NCBI GenBank assembly: GCA_902771755.1
Contig: CACXYD010000002.1
Location: forward strand, 912-64,911
From: an uncultured Ruminococcus sp.
GTDB lineage: Bacteria > Bacillota > Clostridia > Oscillospirales > Acutalibacteraceae
Direction: 5' to 3'
DNA length: 64,000 bases
The notes below the pieces were generated by a model. The model was not told where the DNA came from. It worked only from the letters and a program-made list of their open reading frames with translations, and ran no database searches. Below, piece by piece: positions 1 to 8,719 of this stretch; within the stretch, counting starts at the first letter, position 1, and every line of letters starts with the position of its first letter. The translations under genes were made by a program, and so were the position numbers.

Positions 1-596
1 ATGGATGAAATATCAAAAATTTCATCGTCAAGCATATTCTGCACACGGTCATTGAACGCAAGAAGTCTGCACAGTCTTTCGGGCAAAGGCATTTTGCTAT
101 CGGAGAGAATTTCAAGCGTGCGTTTTCTTGCAGAAAGCAGAAAATTCATCTCGGTTGTGCTGTAATCGGCAGATGAATCTTGCGGAATATGGGTTGCAAA
201 GTTTGTGTCAAAATCGGACTCAAGCATAAGCCTTGCCGCCTCGGGACAGGCAAACGAGAGCGTGTGTTCGCAAAAGGCGGTGTAGTCCTGAGTGATTCTC
301 GGGAACTCCTTACAGGTGTGGCACAGGTGATTTTCACCGAGGTTGATGTAGATGTCGCACAACATATCGCTGTTCCAGAACGGGCATTTTTCGCCTTGCT
401 TGATGAAAATTCTGTCGCCGTCCTCATCAATTGTCATAAGCGACCTCAGCTTGTCGCCAAACTCGCCTTTGGCGGTATTATAAAAATCAAAGCTTGTATC
501 ATCGACAACAACATCCCAGTCCTTGCAGCAGCTGTCTGGACAGAGGTTTGCAATGCATTTAAATTTTTCGCAGTATTTCGGAAAGTAGTGTTTCAT
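1..596 (-). CDS. FliB-family flagellin lysine-N-methylase-like Cys-rich protein (3' end outside window)
   Basis: Not in ORF track. Manual translation from ATG at 596: MKHYFPKYCEKFKCIANLCPDSCCKDWDVVVD...KCPFWNSDMLCDIYINLGENHLCHTCKEFPR...SFACPEAARL, the FliB-type FKCxxxxCxDSCC / CPF / CxxCxxFPR / CPEA pattern; frame open to window edge. Confidence 0.8.
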   Translation of the reverse strand, partial: MKHYFPKYCEKFKCIANLCPDSCCKDWDVVVDDTSFDFYNTAKGEFGDKLRSLMTIDEDGDRIFIKQGEKCPFWNSDMLCDIYINLGENHLCHTCKEFPRITQDYTAFCEHTLSFACPEAARLMLESDFDTNFATHIPQDSSADYSTTEMNFLLSARKRTLEILSDSKMPLPERLCRLLAFNDRVQNMLDDEIFDISS

Positions 597-598
597 AG

Positions 599-877
599 TT
601 ATGTCCATTTCAAGGTAAGAATAAATTGTTCGTAGGCATCATCCCAGCCGTCGATTGCGTTCACTCCGCCGCCGTTTACACTGCGAAGTTTGGTGTCGCT
701 TTCGTCAAGTCCGAGTGCAAAAAGCTCGCCTGCGCTGATTTTGTAGCCGAGCGACTGACAAAGGGAACAGAAGTTGTCAATCGGGTTTTCGCTTTGTTCG
801 GTTTTCAGAAGTTTTTCTTTAAGCTCTGCGTTGCTTTTGGCGTCACAGAGAAGTCGGTCGAGTTCTTCCCGTATCAT
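599..877 (-). CDS. Small Nif11-like leader-domain protein
   Basis: MIREELDRLLCDAKSNAELKEKLL...CQSLGYKISAGEL...LRSVNGGG; resembles a Nif11 leader; start at 877 follows GGTGA RBS. Confidence 0.6.
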   Translation of the reverse strand: MIREELDRLLCDAKSNAELKEKLLKTEQSENPIDNFCSLCQSLGYKISAGELFALGLDESDTKLRSVNGGGVNAIDGWDDAYEQFILTLKWT

Positions 878-910
878 AAAATCACCACGAAAAATAAAAT
901 GAAGTTTCAT

Positions 911-942
911 AAAAACGGACCGCCCAAAAATGAACGGTCCGC
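911..942 (-). terminator. Intrinsic terminator
   Basis: CGGACCG/CGGTCCG stem followed by T-run on minus strand. Confidence 0.6.
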
Positions 943-969
943 ATTTAGCTTTTAAGATTTACTCAATAA

Positions 970-1125
970 TTACTCAATTGAGCTGTCGAGGTATTCCATA
1001 AGCTCCTCGTCATCTTTTTTCTGCTTATCCTTAACGATAAAGAACGCTGTGAGAGCAGCAGAAAGAGCTGCAACTGCAGAGATGATACCGATAATTAAAG
1101 CCCATCTGCACTTATGATTTTTCAT
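970..1125 (-). CDS. 51-aa single-pass membrane protein
   Basis: Not in ORF track. MKNHKCRWALIIGIISAVAALSAALTAFFIVKDKQKKDDEELMEYLDSSIE; GGAGG RBS at 1135-1139; terminator downstream. Confidence 0.75.
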   Translation of the reverse strand: MKNHKCRWALIIGIISAVAALSAALTAFFIVKDKQKKDDEELMEYLDSSIE

Positions 1126-1225
1126 ATTCTGTCGCCTCCAAATTTTGTATGCTTGTATGGCAGTAGTATCTGCCGTATCTTTTATTTATATTCTAACAGT
1201 TTTTACAAAAATGTCAACAGAACAA

Positions 1226-1256
1226 AATAAAAAAGCAGAGAATATTCTCTGCTTTT
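1226..1256. terminator. Terminator after rpsT
   Basis: AAAAGCAGAGAAT/ATTCTCTGCTTTT palindrome with A/T runs. Confidence 0.7.
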
Positions 1257-1278
1257 AAGCTTGTAAGATTTATTGCAC

Positions 1279-1539
1279 TTATGCTGATGCGTTAAGTCTT
1301 TTAGCAAGTGATGATTTGCTTCTTGCTGCAGTGTTCTTGTGAAGAATACCCTTAGCTGCTGCCTGGTCAATTTTCTTAATAGCAAGACGAACTGCCTCTG
1401 TTTTGTTGTCAGCGTTAGTGTCAACTGCGTAGTAAGCCTTCTTTACAGCTGTTCTGAGAGCTGACTTTGTAGCTTTGTTACGAGCAGTCTTTGTAGCAAT
1501 AACTTTAACACGCTTTTTAGCAGATTTGATGTTTGGCAT
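1279..1539 (-). CDS. rpsT: 30S ribosomal protein S20
   Basis: [10 protein letters not shown]...[14 protein letters not shown]; GGAGG RBS; promoter TTGATT-17-TATCAT at 1605..1577. Confidence 0.98.
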   Translation of the reverse strand: MPNIKSAKKRVKVIATKTARNKATKSALRTAVKKAYYAVDTNADNKTEAVRLAIKKIDQAAAKGILHKNTAARSKSSLAKRLNASA

Positions 1540-1765
1540 TGTCCCACCTCCTTAAAGTATCGGTCATATAGGAATTATGATAGCACAAGAATGTGCAAAA
1601 ATCAAGTCTTTTTACAAAAAAAGTTGGATTTTATGCGGATTTTATCGGTTTTCTCTGCTCCGCAACAACATCTTGTGTATTGATTTTTTCATTTATCTAT
1701 ATGCTGTAACAGAAAAATGGCTTTTCAAATAATTTTTTAAAAGAAAAATTTCTGCCACTTAGATT

Positions 1766-2491
1766 TTAAACATTTACGGTAATTTTGTCAAGCAATTCTC
1801 CCACTTTTTCGTGGAACACAAGATTTGCGTTCTTGTCCATAGGAGTAGGATCACGATTGATAAGCACAAGATTGTCGCCGCCGAAGTAGCGGATAAACCC
1901 TGCCGCCGGATAAACCGTAAGGCTTGTGCCTGCAATAATCAGCGTGTCAGCCTTTGAAATTGCATTGACCGCACCCGTTACCGTGCTGTCGTCAAGTCCT
2001 TCTTCATAAAGCACAACATCGGGTTTTATAATGCCGCCGCAAGTACATTTTGGAATGTCAGCCGAGTTCTTAATAAACTCTGCGTCATAGAACTTTCCGC
2101 ACTTAGTACAGTAGTTGCGAAGAACACTTCCGTGCAGTTCGTAAACACGCTTACTGCCCGCCGCTTGATGAAGTCCGTCAATGTTTTGGGTAACAACAGC
2201 CGAAAGCTTTCCTGCCTTTTCAAGCTCTGCAAGCTTATAGTGCGCTTTGTTCGGCTTTTTGTCAAGGCAGAGCATTTTGTCACGGTAAAAGCGGAAGAAC
2301 TCGCCTGTTTTGTGAACAAAAAATGTGTGGCTGAGAATCTGCTCGGGCGGATAGTCGTACTTTTGATTGTACAGACCGTCAACACTTCGGAAGTCGGGAA
2401 TTCCGCTTTCTGTCGAAACTCCCGCACCGCCGAAAAATACTATTCTTTTGCTTTTGTCAATTACGCTTTGAAGTTCCTCGACCGTACTCAC
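1766..2491 (-). CDS. cobB: NAD-dependent protein deacylase (sirtuin)
   Basis: GAGVSTESGIPDFR, TQNIDGLHQ, ELHG, zinc-binding Cys pairs, GTSLTVYPA; GTG start overlaps trpA stop. Confidence 0.93.
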   Translation of the reverse strand: MSTVEELQSVIDKSKRIVFFGGAGVSTESGIPDFRSVDGLYNQKYDYPPEQILSHTFFVHKTGEFFRFYRDKMLCLDKKPNKAHYKLAELEKAGKLSAVVTQNIDGLHQAAGSKRVYELHGSVLRNYCTKCGKFYDAEFIKNSADIPKCTCGGIIKPDVVLYEEGLDDSTVTGAVNAISKADTLIIAGTSLTVYPAAGFIRYFGGDNLVLINRDPTPMDKNANLVFHEKVGELLDKITVNV

Positions 2492-3258
2492 GAAATCGCT
2501 TCCTTCATACTATTAACATAGTCGCAAACGGGCTTGATGCAATCTTTGCCGTACTTTGCAACAATCTTCACGATTGCAGAACCAACGATAACACCGTCTG
2601 CACTTTCGCTCATTTTCTTTGCCTGTTCGGGAGTTGAAATACCGAAACCGATTGCACACGGAATGTCCTTTACAGACTTAACAAGTCTTACCATTTCGCC
2701 GACATCGGTCGTAATTTCACTTCTGACGCCCGTAACACCCATTGATGAAACGCAGTAAACAAAGCCCTCTGCCTCTTTTGCAATCATCTTGATTCTCTCG
2801 TGAGATGTGGGGGCAATGAGAGAAATTACATCAATGCCGTATTTTCCGCTGTAATCGGTAAGCTCGTGCTTTTCTTCATACGGTGTATCGGGAACGATAA
2901 CTGCGGAAATTCCGCACTCCTGACACTTTGCCATAAACTTTTCTGTACCATATACGAAAATCGGGTTCATATAGGTCATAACGGCAAGAGCGGCATCAAT
3001 CTGAGGACGGATACGCTTTACCATATCAAAAATCTTGTCTGTTGTTGTACCTGCCGAAAGGGAACGGAGGTCAGCCTCCTGAATTACGACACCCTCGGCA
3101 ATAGGATCTGAAAATGGGATACCGATTTCGATGATATCGGCACCGTTTTTGCTCATTTCAATAAGAAGTTTTTCTGTTGTTTCAAGGTCAGGATCACCCG
3201 CTGTTACAAACGGGATGAATGCCTTGCCGTTCTGGAATGCAGATTTAATATCAGTCAT
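2488..3258 (-). CDS. trpA: Tryptophan synthase alpha subunit
   Basis: [31 protein letters not shown]; start moved to MTDIK. Confidence 0.97.
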   Translation of the reverse strand: MTDIKSAFQNGKAFIPFVTAGDPDLETTEKLLIEMSKNGADIIEIGIPFSDPIAEGVVIQEADLRSLSAGTTTDKIFDMVKRIRPQIDAALAVMTYMNPIFVYGTEKFMAKCQECGISAVIVPDTPYEEKHELTDYSGKYGIDVISLIAPTSHERIKMIAKEAEGFVYCVSSMGVTGVRSEITTDVGEMVRLVKSVKDIPCAIGFGISTPEQAKKMSESADGVIVGSAIVKIVAKYGKDCIKPVCDYVNSMKEAIS

Positions 3259-4435
3259 GGAGATCCTCCCCTCTGTATCTTGCGATAGCTGCAACATCCT
3301 TGTCACCTCTGCCCGAAAGGTTGACTACGATAATCTTGTCTTTGTCCATTGTCGGGGCAATCTTCATACAATGTGCAACTGCGTGTGCGCTTTCAATTGC
3401 AGGGATGATACCCTCTGTTCTTGAAAGATATTCAAATGCGTTTACAGCCTCTTCGTCTGTAACGGGGACATAGCTTGCTCTGCCTGTGTCGGCAAGATTT
3501 GCGTGTTCAGGACCGATACCGGGGTAGTCAAGACCTGCCGAAATTGAATATACGGGAGCAATCTGACCGTATTCGTTCTGACAGAAGTATGACTTCATAC
3601 CGTGGAAGATGCCGAGAGTGCCTGTTGCGATTGTTGCGGCAGTCTTTGGAGTGTCTGCACCAAGACCTGCGGCCTCGCAACCGATAAGCTTTACATTTTC
3701 ATCCTTGATAAATTCATAGAAAGCACCCATTGCGTTACTTCCGCCGCCTACGCAAGCCATAACAACATCGGGAAGTCTGCCTTCTTTTTCAAGCATCTGT
3801 GACTTGATTTCCTTGCCGATTACGCTCTGGAAGTCACGAACAACAGTTGGGAACGGGTGTGGTCCCATTACCGAACCGAGAACATAGTGTGTGTCGGAAA
3901 CTCTGTTTGTCCACTCACGCATTGCCTCGTTTACGGCATCTTTAAGAGTCATTGTGCCTGTTTCAACGGCATTGACCTTTGCGCCGAGAAGTTTCATTCT
4001 GTAAACATTGAGAGCCTGACGGATTGTGTCCTCTTTGCCCATAAAAATTTCACATTCAAGTCCGAGAAGTGCGGCTACAGTTGCTGTTGCAACACCGTGC
4101 TGACCTGCGCCTGTTTCGGCAATAACCCTTGTCTTGCCCATTTTCTTTGCAAGAAGGCACTGACCGAGGCAGTTATTGAGCTTGTGTGATCCTGTGTGGT
4201 TCAAATCCTCACGCTTGAGATAAATCTTTGCACCGCCGAGGTCTTTTGTCATTTTTTCGGCATAGTAGAGAAGTGACGGTCTGCCTGCGTATTCACGCAT
4301 AAGTGTGTCGAGTTCTGCAACAAACTCGGGATCGTCCTTGTACTTGTTGTATGCCTCTTCAAATTCATTGATTGCATTCATCAGCGTTTCGGGAACGAAC
4401 TGTCCGCCGTGAATACCGAATTTTCCTTTTGTCAT
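3251..4435 (-). CDS. trpB: Tryptophan synthase beta subunit
   Basis: [11 protein letters not shown] (PLP lysine), [23 protein letters not shown]. Confidence 0.98.
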   Translation of the reverse strand: MTKGKFGIHGGQFVPETLMNAINEFEEAYNKYKDDPEFVAELDTLMREYAGRPSLLYYAEKMTKDLGGAKIYLKREDLNHTGSHKLNNCLGQCLLAKKMGKTRVIAETGAGQHGVATATVAALLGLECEIFMGKEDTIRQALNVYRMKLLGAKVNAVETGTMTLKDAVNEAMREWTNRVSDTHYVLGSVMGPHPFPTVVRDFQSVIGKEIKSQMLEKEGRLPDVVMACVGGGSNAMGAFYEFIKDENVKLIGCEAAGLGADTPKTAATIATGTLGIFHGMKSYFCQNEYGQIAPVYSISAGLDYPGIGPEHANLADTGRASYVPVTDEEAVNAFEYLSRTEGIIPAIESAHAVAHCMKIAPTMDKDKIIVVNLSGRGDKDVAAIARYRGEDLHD

Positions 4436-4497
4436 CTTGATTCCCCTTAATTACTTTATATCTTTGGTGTGCGTTGCACACGGCTTTTAATCAATTT

Positions 4498-5280
4498 TTA
4501 TTTTCTGCCCGACAATTCGTCAAGTGCGGCTTTTTTGTCTGGGTTTCTCATAAGCGTTTCGCCTATGAGAACTGCGTTCACTCCTGCGTTTTCAAGCACC
4601 TTGATGTCATCTCGTGTTTTGATTCCGCTTTCGGCAACAAAAATAATGTTGTCGGGAACAAGCTCACGGAGCTTTGTGCAGTTATTTATGTCAACCGTGA
4701 AGTCACGGAGATTTCGGTTGTTTACACCGATAACCCTTGCTCCTGCGGCAATTGCGGAATACACTTCATCGGCTGTGTGTGCCTCAACAAGTGCCGAAAG
4801 TCCGAGGGAGTCGCAAAGTTTAATCCACTTTCTGATTGTGTCTGTGTCGAGAAGTGAGCAGATAAGCAGCACGGCTGACGCACCGATTGTTTTTGCCTCA
4901 TAAATCTGATATTCACACACGGTAAAATCTTTTCTCAAAAGCGGAATACTAACATTCTGTGAAATTTCTTCAAGAAAAGCGTTTTCACCCTTGAACCACT
5001 TTGGTTCTGTCAGAACGGAAATTGCACTTGCGCCTGCGTTTTCATAGTCTTTTGCAATCTGAACATAGGGAAAATCTTCTGCGATAATTCCCTTTGACGG
5101 CGATGCCTTTTTGACCTCGCATATAAATGAAATGTCCTTGCCTGCAAGCGCCTTTTCAAACGGAAATTCGTTGCTGATTTCCATTGAAAGTGCTTTTTGC
5201 TTTATCACTTCAAACGGAACTTGCTTTTCGATTTCTTTATATCTTTCTCTGTTTGCATCTGCGATTGTTTCAAGTATCAT
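4498..5280 (-). CDS. trpC: Indole-3-glycerol phosphate synthase
   Basis: EVKKASPSKG, SVLTE, LRKDF, GVNNRNL, AESGI; start moved to MILET; no TrpF domain fused. Confidence 0.96.
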   Translation of the reverse strand: MILETIADANRERYKEIEKQVPFEVIKQKALSMEISNEFPFEKALAGKDISFICEVKKASPSKGIIAEDFPYVQIAKDYENAGASAISVLTEPKWFKGENAFLEEISQNVSIPLLRKDFTVCEYQIYEAKTIGASAVLLICSLLDTDTIRKWIKLCDSLGLSALVEAHTADEVYSAIAAGARVIGVNNRNLRDFTVDINNCTKLRELVPDNIIFVAESGIKTRDDIKVLENAGVNAVLIGETLMRNPDKKAALDELSGRK

Positions 5281-5290
5281 TGTGTCACCT

Positions 5291-6301
5291 TTATTCATTG
5301 GTAGCCTTAGCAAATTCATCAATCTTTGCATAAGCCTTGCCGCTGTCGATAATTTCGTTTGCAAGCTTTATGCCGTCCTGAATTGAATCTGCCTTGCCGC
5401 CTGTGCAAAGTCCGAGTGCGGCATTGAGAACAACGATGTCACGCTTTGCGTCCTTAACTTCACCGCTGAGAATTTCTTTTGTAATCTCTGCGTTTTCTTT
5501 GCCGTCACCGCCTGCAAGGTCTTCGGGTGAGCAAAGTTTAAGACCGTAATCTTCGGGATTGAGAATGAATGTGTTAAACTTGCCGTTGTCAATCTCACAC
5601 ACCTTTGTTGTTGTTGTGAGAGTAACCTCGTCCATACCGTCCATACCGTAGAAAACATAGCCTTTCTTAACACCGAGGTTTGAGAAAACCTGTGCAATCG
5701 GCTCAACAAGTGCCTCTGAATACACACCTGTTACCTGAAGGTCTGCGCCTGCCGGATTTGTGAGAGGTCCGAGAACATTAAAAATGTTTCTGATTCCGAT
5801 TTCCTTACGAACAGGACCGACATACTTCATTGATGAATGGTAGCCCTGTGCAAACATAAAGCAGATACCAACCTTGTTGAGAACCTCTTCGCTTTTTTCG
5901 GGAGAGATGTTGATGTTAATTCCGAGCTGTTCAAGGCAGTCAGCCGAACCGCTCTTGCTTGACATTGAACGGTTGCCGTGCTTTGCAACGGGGATTCCTG
6001 CGGCGGCAATTATAAATGCGGCTGTTGTTGAAATATTGAATGTGCCTGTGCCGTCACCGCCTGTGCCGACGATATCGAGTACATCACGGTTAGGTTTTAT
6101 GTGGAGTGCTTTTTCTCTCATAACCTGTGCGCTCGCGGTGATTTCGTCAATTGTTTCGCCCTTGATTCTCAAAGCTGTGAGATAAGCCGCCATCTGCGAC
6201 TGGGTAGCAGTGCCTGAGAACATTTCGTCCATAACCTGTGCCGCCTCATTATAAGTGAGGTCATTGCCTGCAACCAACTTTTTTATTGCCTCTTTAATCA
6301 T
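5291..6301 (-). CDS. trpD: Anthranilate phosphoribosyltransferase
   Basis: DIVGTGGDG, FNIST, KHGNRSMSSKSGSAD. Confidence 0.97.
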   Translation of the reverse strand: MIKEAIKKLVAGNDLTYNEAAQVMDEMFSGTATQSQMAAYLTALRIKGETIDEITASAQVMREKALHIKPNRDVLDIVGTGGDGTGTFNISTTAAFIIAAAGIPVAKHGNRSMSSKSGSADCLEQLGININISPEKSEEVLNKVGICFMFAQGYHSSMKYVGPVRKEIGIRNIFNVLGPLTNPAGADLQVTGVYSEALVEPIAQVFSNLGVKKGYVFYGMDGMDEVTLTTTTKVCEIDNGKFNTFILNPEDYGLKLCSPEDLAGGDGKENAEITKEILSGEVKDAKRDIVVLNAALGLCTGGKADSIQDGIKLANEIIDSGKAYAKIDEFAKATNE

Positions 6302-6322
6302 AAAATTTCAATCCTTTCCGTG

Positions 6323-6895
6323 TTATTTGCAAAGTGTAATAAAATTCTTTATCATTTCCATACCGTGTGAGGTGAGAATTGATTCGGGGTGAAACTGCAA
6401 TCCGTAAAGCTCAAAATCTTTGTGCTTAACTCCCATAACCTCACCGTCACGGTCTTCTGCGATTACCTCGAGTGTGTCGGGAATTGTATCTCTTTTCGCA
6501 ATCAACGAATGGTACCTTGCGCCCTCTACAACCTTTGGAAGTCCGTTAAAAATTTTCTTGCTTGTATCAACAATGATATCGCTCTTTTTGCCGTGCATAA
6601 GCTTTATTGCGTGGGCGATTGTTGCACCGTAAACCTCGCATATTGCCTGATGACCAAGGCAGATACCGAGAATTGGGAACTGTCCTGCAAGCTCCTTTAT
6701 AACCTCTTCGCATATTCCGGCATCTTTCGGATAACCGGGTCCCGGTGAGAGGATGATGTGGGAGGGGGCAAGTTTCTTGATTTCATCAACTGTTATTTCA
6801 TCGTTTCTTACAACCTTGATGTCGGGATTTACACTGCCGCAGAACTGAACAAGATTGTAGGTAAAGCTGTCGTAGTTATCAATAAAAAGTATCAT
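6323..6895 (-). CDS. trpG: Anthranilate synthase component II (glutamine amidotransferase)
   Basis: IDNYDSFTYN, SPGPG, GICLGHQ, QFHPES. Confidence 0.95.
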   Translation of the reverse strand: MILFIDNYDSFTYNLVQFCGSVNPDIKVVRNDEITVDEIKKLAPSHIILSPGPGYPKDAGICEEVIKELAGQFPILGICLGHQAICEVYGATIAHAIKLMHGKKSDIIVDTSKKIFNGLPKVVEGARYHSLIAKRDTIPDTLEVIAEDRDGEVMGVKHKDFELYGLQFHPESILTSHGMEMIKNFITLCK

Positions 6896-8352
6896 AAAGC
6901 GTTTACCTCCCCTGCATTTTTAACTGCGTTCATAACGGCAAGTGCCTTGTTGTAGGTTTCCTCGTATTCGCTTTCGGGAACGCTGTCGGCTACAATGCCT
7001 GCGCCTGCCTGAACATAAACCTTGTCATTTTTCTTAACAGCCATTCTGATTGCGATACAGGTGTCGAGGTTGCCGTTGAAGTCAACATATCCGAGCGCTC
7101 CGCCATAGACACCACGGGGAGTTCTTTCAAGTTCTTCAATGATTTCACAGGCTCTGATTTTTGGAGCACCCGAAAGTGTTCCGGCAGGGAGGAGGGATTC
7201 GATTGCATCAAAAGCGTCAAGTCCGTCTTTGAGTTTGCCCTCAACCTCACTGCAAATGTGCATTATCTTTGAATAGCGGAGAACTTCCTGATACTTTGTA
7301 ACCTTAACCGAATTGAATTCGGAGATTTTTCCGATATCGTTTCGTCCGAGGTCAACGAGCATATTATGTTCTGCAAGTTCCTTTTCATCGTGGATAAGTT
7401 CATCTGCAAGGGCATTGTCCTCTGCATCTGTCTTACCTCTCGGACGAGAACCTGCAATCGGGAATGTGTTAAGCACTCCGTTCTGGAGTTTTACGAGTGT
7501 TTCGGGAGAGGTGCTTATAATCTCGTCACCGTCAATTGACATATAAACCATATAAGGTGACGGGTTGGTACTTCTCAGCACTCTGTATGCGTTGATGAGG
7601 GAATTTTTGTAATCCGCCTCAAATCTTCTTGAAACAACACATTGGAAGATGTCGCCGTCAAAGATGTACTCCTTGGTTTTCTCAACCATTTTGCAAAATT
7701 CTTCTTTTGAATATGTGCTCGTAAATTCAACATTCTCGTCACTCTCAAGCTTGGGAAGCGGTTCGGGAGATGTGATTGTCGAAATTATCTCTGCAATATC
7801 CTTTTTGGCAAGTTCATACTGTGCCTTTGTGTCGTTTGTTTTCATATTAACAATGATAATGAGTTTTTCTTTGAGATGATCGTAGGCGATAATCTTGTCA
7901 AAAAGCATCATATCAAAATCGTTTGTATCTCCTCTTTTGAGCTTTAAAACAGGCTCTGCAACCGAAATCATTGCGTAGCCGAAGTAGCCCACAAGACCGC
8001 CTGTGAACGGCGGAATGTCTTTGAAATGCGGAGTTTTGTAATCGGCAAGATACTCACGGAGAGCGTCATAGGGCTTTGCTGTTTTGACAACTCTTGCACC
8101 CTCGCCTGTAACTGTGAGAGTTCCGTTTTTGTACGAAAGTCTTGCCTTGGGGTTGAATCCGATGAATGAATATCTTGCCCACTTTTCACCGCCCTCGATA
8201 CTTTCAAGAAGAAAGAATTTGTCGGATTTTCCTGCAATTTTTCTGAGCAGGTTAATTGGGGTGAATGCGTCAGCGTAGATTTCCTTGTAAATCGGAATAA
8301 CGCTGTAATTGTCCTTGAGGTTCAATACCTCATCGTAAGACGGTTTAATCAT
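6892..8352 (-). CDS. trpE: Anthranilate synthase component I
   Basis: LLES, NPSPY, PIAGSRPRG, EHNMLVDLGRND, PAGTLSGAPK; start moved to MIKPS. Confidence 0.96.
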   Translation of the reverse strand: MIKPSYDEVLNLKDNYSVIPIYKEIYADAFTPINLLRKIAGKSDKFFLLESIEGGEKWARYSFIGFNPKARLSYKNGTLTVTGEGARVVKTAKPYDALREYLADYKTPHFKDIPPFTGGLVGYFGYAMISVAEPVLKLKRGDTNDFDMMLFDKIIAYDHLKEKLIIIVNMKTNDTKAQYELAKKDIAEIISTITSPEPLPKLESDENVEFTSTYSKEEFCKMVEKTKEYIFDGDIFQCVVSRRFEADYKNSLINAYRVLRSTNPSPYMVYMSIDGDEIISTSPETLVKLQNGVLNTFPIAGSRPRGKTDAEDNALADELIHDEKELAEHNMLVDLGRNDIGKISEFNSVKVTKYQEVLRYSKIMHICSEVEGKLKDGLDAFDAIESLLPAGTLSGAPKIRACEIIEELERTPRGVYGGALGYVDFNGNLDTCIAIRMAVKKNDKVYVQAGAGIVADSVPESEYEETYNKALAVMNAVKNAGEVNAL

Positions 8353-8391
8353 CGTACACCAACCTTTCTTTGGTAAAAGTTTTAACATAAA

Positions 8392-8665
8392 CAAAAAAGA
8401 CTTCTGTCCCCACAAGGGACAAAAGTCTTAAAAAATCAACTTCTGCGGTACCACCCAAATTGACGATAAACGCCCGCTTTAACAGCATACTGACATATGC
8501 CTCTCACTTTAACGGTTGAGCTCCGTCGGAAACTACTTGCCTAAAGGCTTTCGGCCCGCCCTCACAAGTCCATTCAGCAAATCCTCTGCTGTCAGCTCAC
8601 ACCAACCGCTGACTCTCTGAAAGCTTTGGAAAAACCTACTACTCTTGCTCACAGGTTTTTTCTTT
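8392..8665 (-). promoter_or_regulatory. T-box riboswitch, tryptophan specifier
   Basis: Minus strand: AG box CAGAGAG, GGTG-GA loop, GAA-TGG specifier (8570-8572), T-box GGGTGGTACCGC (8445-8456), terminator hairpin plus T-run at 8393-8428. Confidence 0.95.
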
Positions 8666-8673
8666 ATAAGACA

Positions 8674-8702
8674 ATTATATGACTGTATTTTTAATTTGTC
8701 AA
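8674..8702 (-). promoter_or_regulatory. SigA promoter of trp leader
   Basis: Perfect TTGACA-17bp-TATAAT. Confidence 0.9.
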
Positions 8703-8719
8703 CATTTTTTTGCGGTAAA

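Noticed and set aside
146-635. ORFs 146..430(-) and 180..635(+)
   Set aside because: Shadow frames of the FliB-like gene
1766-2491. SIR2-type anti-phage effector
   Set aside because: Ordinary zinc-binding CobB-type deacylase with no defence partners nearby
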